DNA of 64,000 bases. Origin: Octopus sinensis. Lineage: Eukaryota. The DNA is taken from the NCBI RefSeq assembly GCF_006345805.1, contig NC_043002.1, positions 86,800,001 through 86,864,000 of the forward strand, read 5' to 3'. Positions 61,491-64,000 of this stretch are shown piece by piece. The notes under the pieces were generated by a model. The model was not told the origin of the DNA and ran no database searches. It was given only the letters and a program-made list of their open reading frames with translations. The first letter of the stretch is position 1. Each line of letters begins with the position of its first letter. A program made the translations under genes and the position numbers.

Positions 61491-61669
61491 CCCTTAAGTG
61501 TTTAAACTGGCCATATGTGGCCCAAAATTTGAAACCTGTTTTATGTTCCAATTGGCCAGATCTAGCCTCTCACACCTACCTAACAATGTCATTGTAAAAA
61601 TAAGTAATCACATCATTGAAATCTCAAAGCCTCAAGATTATATTTGACAGTAATCTGAATGCTAAGGGA
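61491..61669. mobile_element. piggyBac-like MITE, opposite orientation to 54454-54672
   Basis: TTAA|CCCTTAAGTGTTTAAACTGGCCATA...AATGCTAAGGGA|TTAA. The internal sequence is the reverse complement of the 54454 copy (TATGGCCAGTTTAAA). Confidence 0.7.
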
Positions 61670-62073
61670 TTAAAGTTACCTCCTGGTTATATGCATCTTC
61701 TCATCTCAAACTAGTTCTCAGATTTCTGAGTACTTGCTCGTCTTAAACATTTAATCCAGCACCCTCTTACAAACCCCCAAATTTGTAGATTATCCAACTG
61801 CTGTGTGACTGAGTGAATTCTTGAGCCATAAAGATATATTTTGCCTCAAATGATAGCTGGACATTTTAGTTGCTTTAATTTACTACAAAGCATTTTCCTA
61901 ATAGTAAAGTGAACAGATTTGCTTTATTTTTCGCAGCAGTATAAAAACCACCAATTATGGTGTGTAAACATTTTTTAGATTTGAAAGGATTATTTAAAAT
62001 TAGAATGAAGAATATAATGAAAACGGTTTACTGACTAAAGCACAATATATAAAAAATTTCAATTCCTGTCACT

Positions 62074-62262
62074 GGATTGGCACAACCATTTACATGTCAG
62101 CCTTGTATTTGTTTCAGCTTTTTACATTGAGTTCAAATTCTGCCAAAGTCAGTTTTGCTTTTCATCCTTCCAGTGTTGATAAAGTAAGGTATCAGTCAAG
62201 TATTTGGGTTGATTTAATCAGCTTACACTCTCCTCCAAAATGCTGGCCTTGTGCCTTGAAAG
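62074..62262 (+). mobile_element. SINE (same family as 7571-7770)
   Basis: GAGTTCAAATTCTGCCAAAGTCAGTTTTGCTTTTCATCCTTCCAGTGTTGATAAAGTAAG...GCTGGCCTTGTGCC. Confidence 0.7.
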
Positions 62263-63330
62263 AATATTTCTAATTTCAAATAATAGCAAAGATTTAACTT
62301 GAAATTACAAACAAAATATTTTAGCTGCACAAGTCAAATTATTTCAGCTGGATTGAGAGGGTGACAACTCACTTTCCTTGAATAATTTTGATGCTGTCTG
62401 CTGAGAGGTTAAAAATAAACCTTCTTAGTCACCAGTACTTTTCTTTATACCTTTGTACTTGCTATTGTCTTTCCTTATCTATGAGACTTTTTACCCATGT
62501 CATATACTAGTTACTTGAACTAGTTTAGGTTTAGTTATCATGTTGAATTTATGTTGATTTCTCAATTGTCATGGACTGCTGCTTAAATCTGCCTTATTGT
62601 GCTATAACTGTAAACTTATGAGAGTAATGGAGTAAACTAAGAATTTGGCTATATTCAGATTGTGAAATTTATGAATAAAGTATCCAAGTTACACGAGAAG
62701 AAAATTTTTTTTATAAAATAACTGTTTGAATGGTAATTTTCTCTTAATCTGACACCTGTTACTAATTCTAAAGTAATTACCATCAACATCATTAGAATTC
62801 ATAATAGTAAACAAAATTAACTCTTATTTCGTTGTGGTATGCAATTGAGAAGATGTCATAAAAATTAGGTTTTACATATTTTACTATGTTGTAATCTGGT
62901 ACTCTTGTGAACTGGAGAGTGTTGGCTTAGAAAATTTTCTGGCGTATTAGAACTCATTCTTAGAAAATACAATTTTTATCCCACAGAAGTACATGATTAT
63001 ATCACTAAACAGAAATAAATGGAATAGTAATGAAGATAGATATAAATACATCACCACCATTTGAAATCCCATTTTTTATGCTGGTATGGTTTGAACAGAT
63101 TTTTAATTTTCTTATTCAGAGTTATTGCCCTTGTAGATAAGTTGAAGCTCATGTTACATTGTTGGTTAATTTCTACAGCTGGATGCCCTTCCTATTATGA
63201 ACCTTTTTTTTTTTTCACAGTATACAAGATTCATTTTAGGTACTGGCACTAAACTGTATTACCTCTGGCATGACTAAAGATGCCTTTATACCTGTGTGCT
63301 CTCCTTGTACCTATATATTTGTTGTAGTAG

Positions 63331-63687
63331 TCTTTTACTTGTTTCAGTCATTTGACCGTGGCCATGCTGGAGCACCGCCTTTTAGTCAAGCAAATCAACC
63401 CCAGGACTTATTCTATCGGTCTCTTTTGCCGAACTGGTAAGTTATGGAGATGTAAACACACCAGCATCAGTTGTCAAGCGATGTTGGAGGGGGGGGGGAT
63501 AACACACACACACACACATACATACATATACAACGGGCTTCTTTCTGTCTACCAGATCCACTCACAAGGCTTTGGTTGGCCCGAGGCAATAGTAGAAGAT
63601 TCTTGCGCAAGGTGCCACGCAGTGGGACTGAACCCAAAACCATGTGGTTAGTAAGCAAGCTACTTACCACACAGCCACTCCTACGCC
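63331..63687 (-). mobile_element. Full-length tRNA-derived SINE
   Basis: Minus strand GGCGTAGGAGTGGCTGTGTGG (A box)...GGGTTCAGTCCCACTGCGTGGCACC (B box), internal TG/TA tract, and 3' ...CCAGCATGGCCACGGTCAAATGACTGAAACAAGTAAAAGA. Confidence 0.88.
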
Positions 63688-64000
63688 TAATAGTAATGTT
63701 TCTAGCATAGGCACAAGGCCAGAAATTTGGGGATAGGGAATGGTTGTAAATATTGACCCACTGAAGCATGTAGAGTTGACCTTGAAATGATTTGAAATTA
63801 AGGTAAATAGCTAGAACAAGTAGTGTGTGGCATTCTGTTTCATGATCTAATAGTTCTGCCAATCCACTCCTCTTAGTAATGATAAAAATAATCATTTCAA
63901 ACAAATACAAGGTTAGAAACTTGGAAACTAGTGGAAGTAGTTGATTATGTTAAATCTTGTATTGGAGTGATATTTTGGTTTATTGATCCCTCCCCAAAAG

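Noticed and set aside
32013-64000. Next PPM1A/B exon (expected to begin GSRDNMS)
   Set aside because: A manual scan for GAYAAYATG in a GSRDNM context after an acceptor found nothing. The exon probably lies beyond the window; a spliced alignment would confirm.

Overview
AT-rich, repeat-dense animal genomic DNA. From the repeat families (RTE LINE tails ending in (GAT)n, several tRNA-derived SINEs, TA/CA microsatellites) I infer a coleoid cephalopod, most likely Octopus; this is recognition, not a database result. There is one host gene, on the + strand: a PPM1A/PPM1B-type PP2C phosphatase. It has a CpG-retaining putative promoter and non-coding first exon at about 10.1-11.0 kb, a first intron of about 20 kb, one large coding exon (31156-32012; ATG 31161; 284 codons, MGAFLDKP...DTCLYK) and a second intron of more than 32 kb whose end I could not find. 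The rest is transposon debris: a Helitron Rep remnant, CR1/L2-like and RTE LINE remnants, a TIR-to-TIR mariner relic, mariner and piggyBac-like MITEs, a long foldback element, a Penelope-like GIY-YIG fragment with inverted ends, and many SINE copies. No prokaryotic systems, CRISPR arrays, rRNA or true tRNA genes were seen. Best second-look items: a candidate zero-nucleotide recursive splice site (AG|GTAAGT at 48666/48667) in the long intron; a minimal type I hammerhead ribozyme motif on the sense strand (46089-46167) plus a decayed antisense one (41358-41428); a coding exon whose back-splice junction would run into a 76-codon alternative frame; a PHD-like finger inside an RTE reverse transcriptase; and several inverted-repeat dsRNA formers that are possible ADAR substrates. 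All findings are sequence-level hypotheses and none has been computationally or experimentally confirmed.
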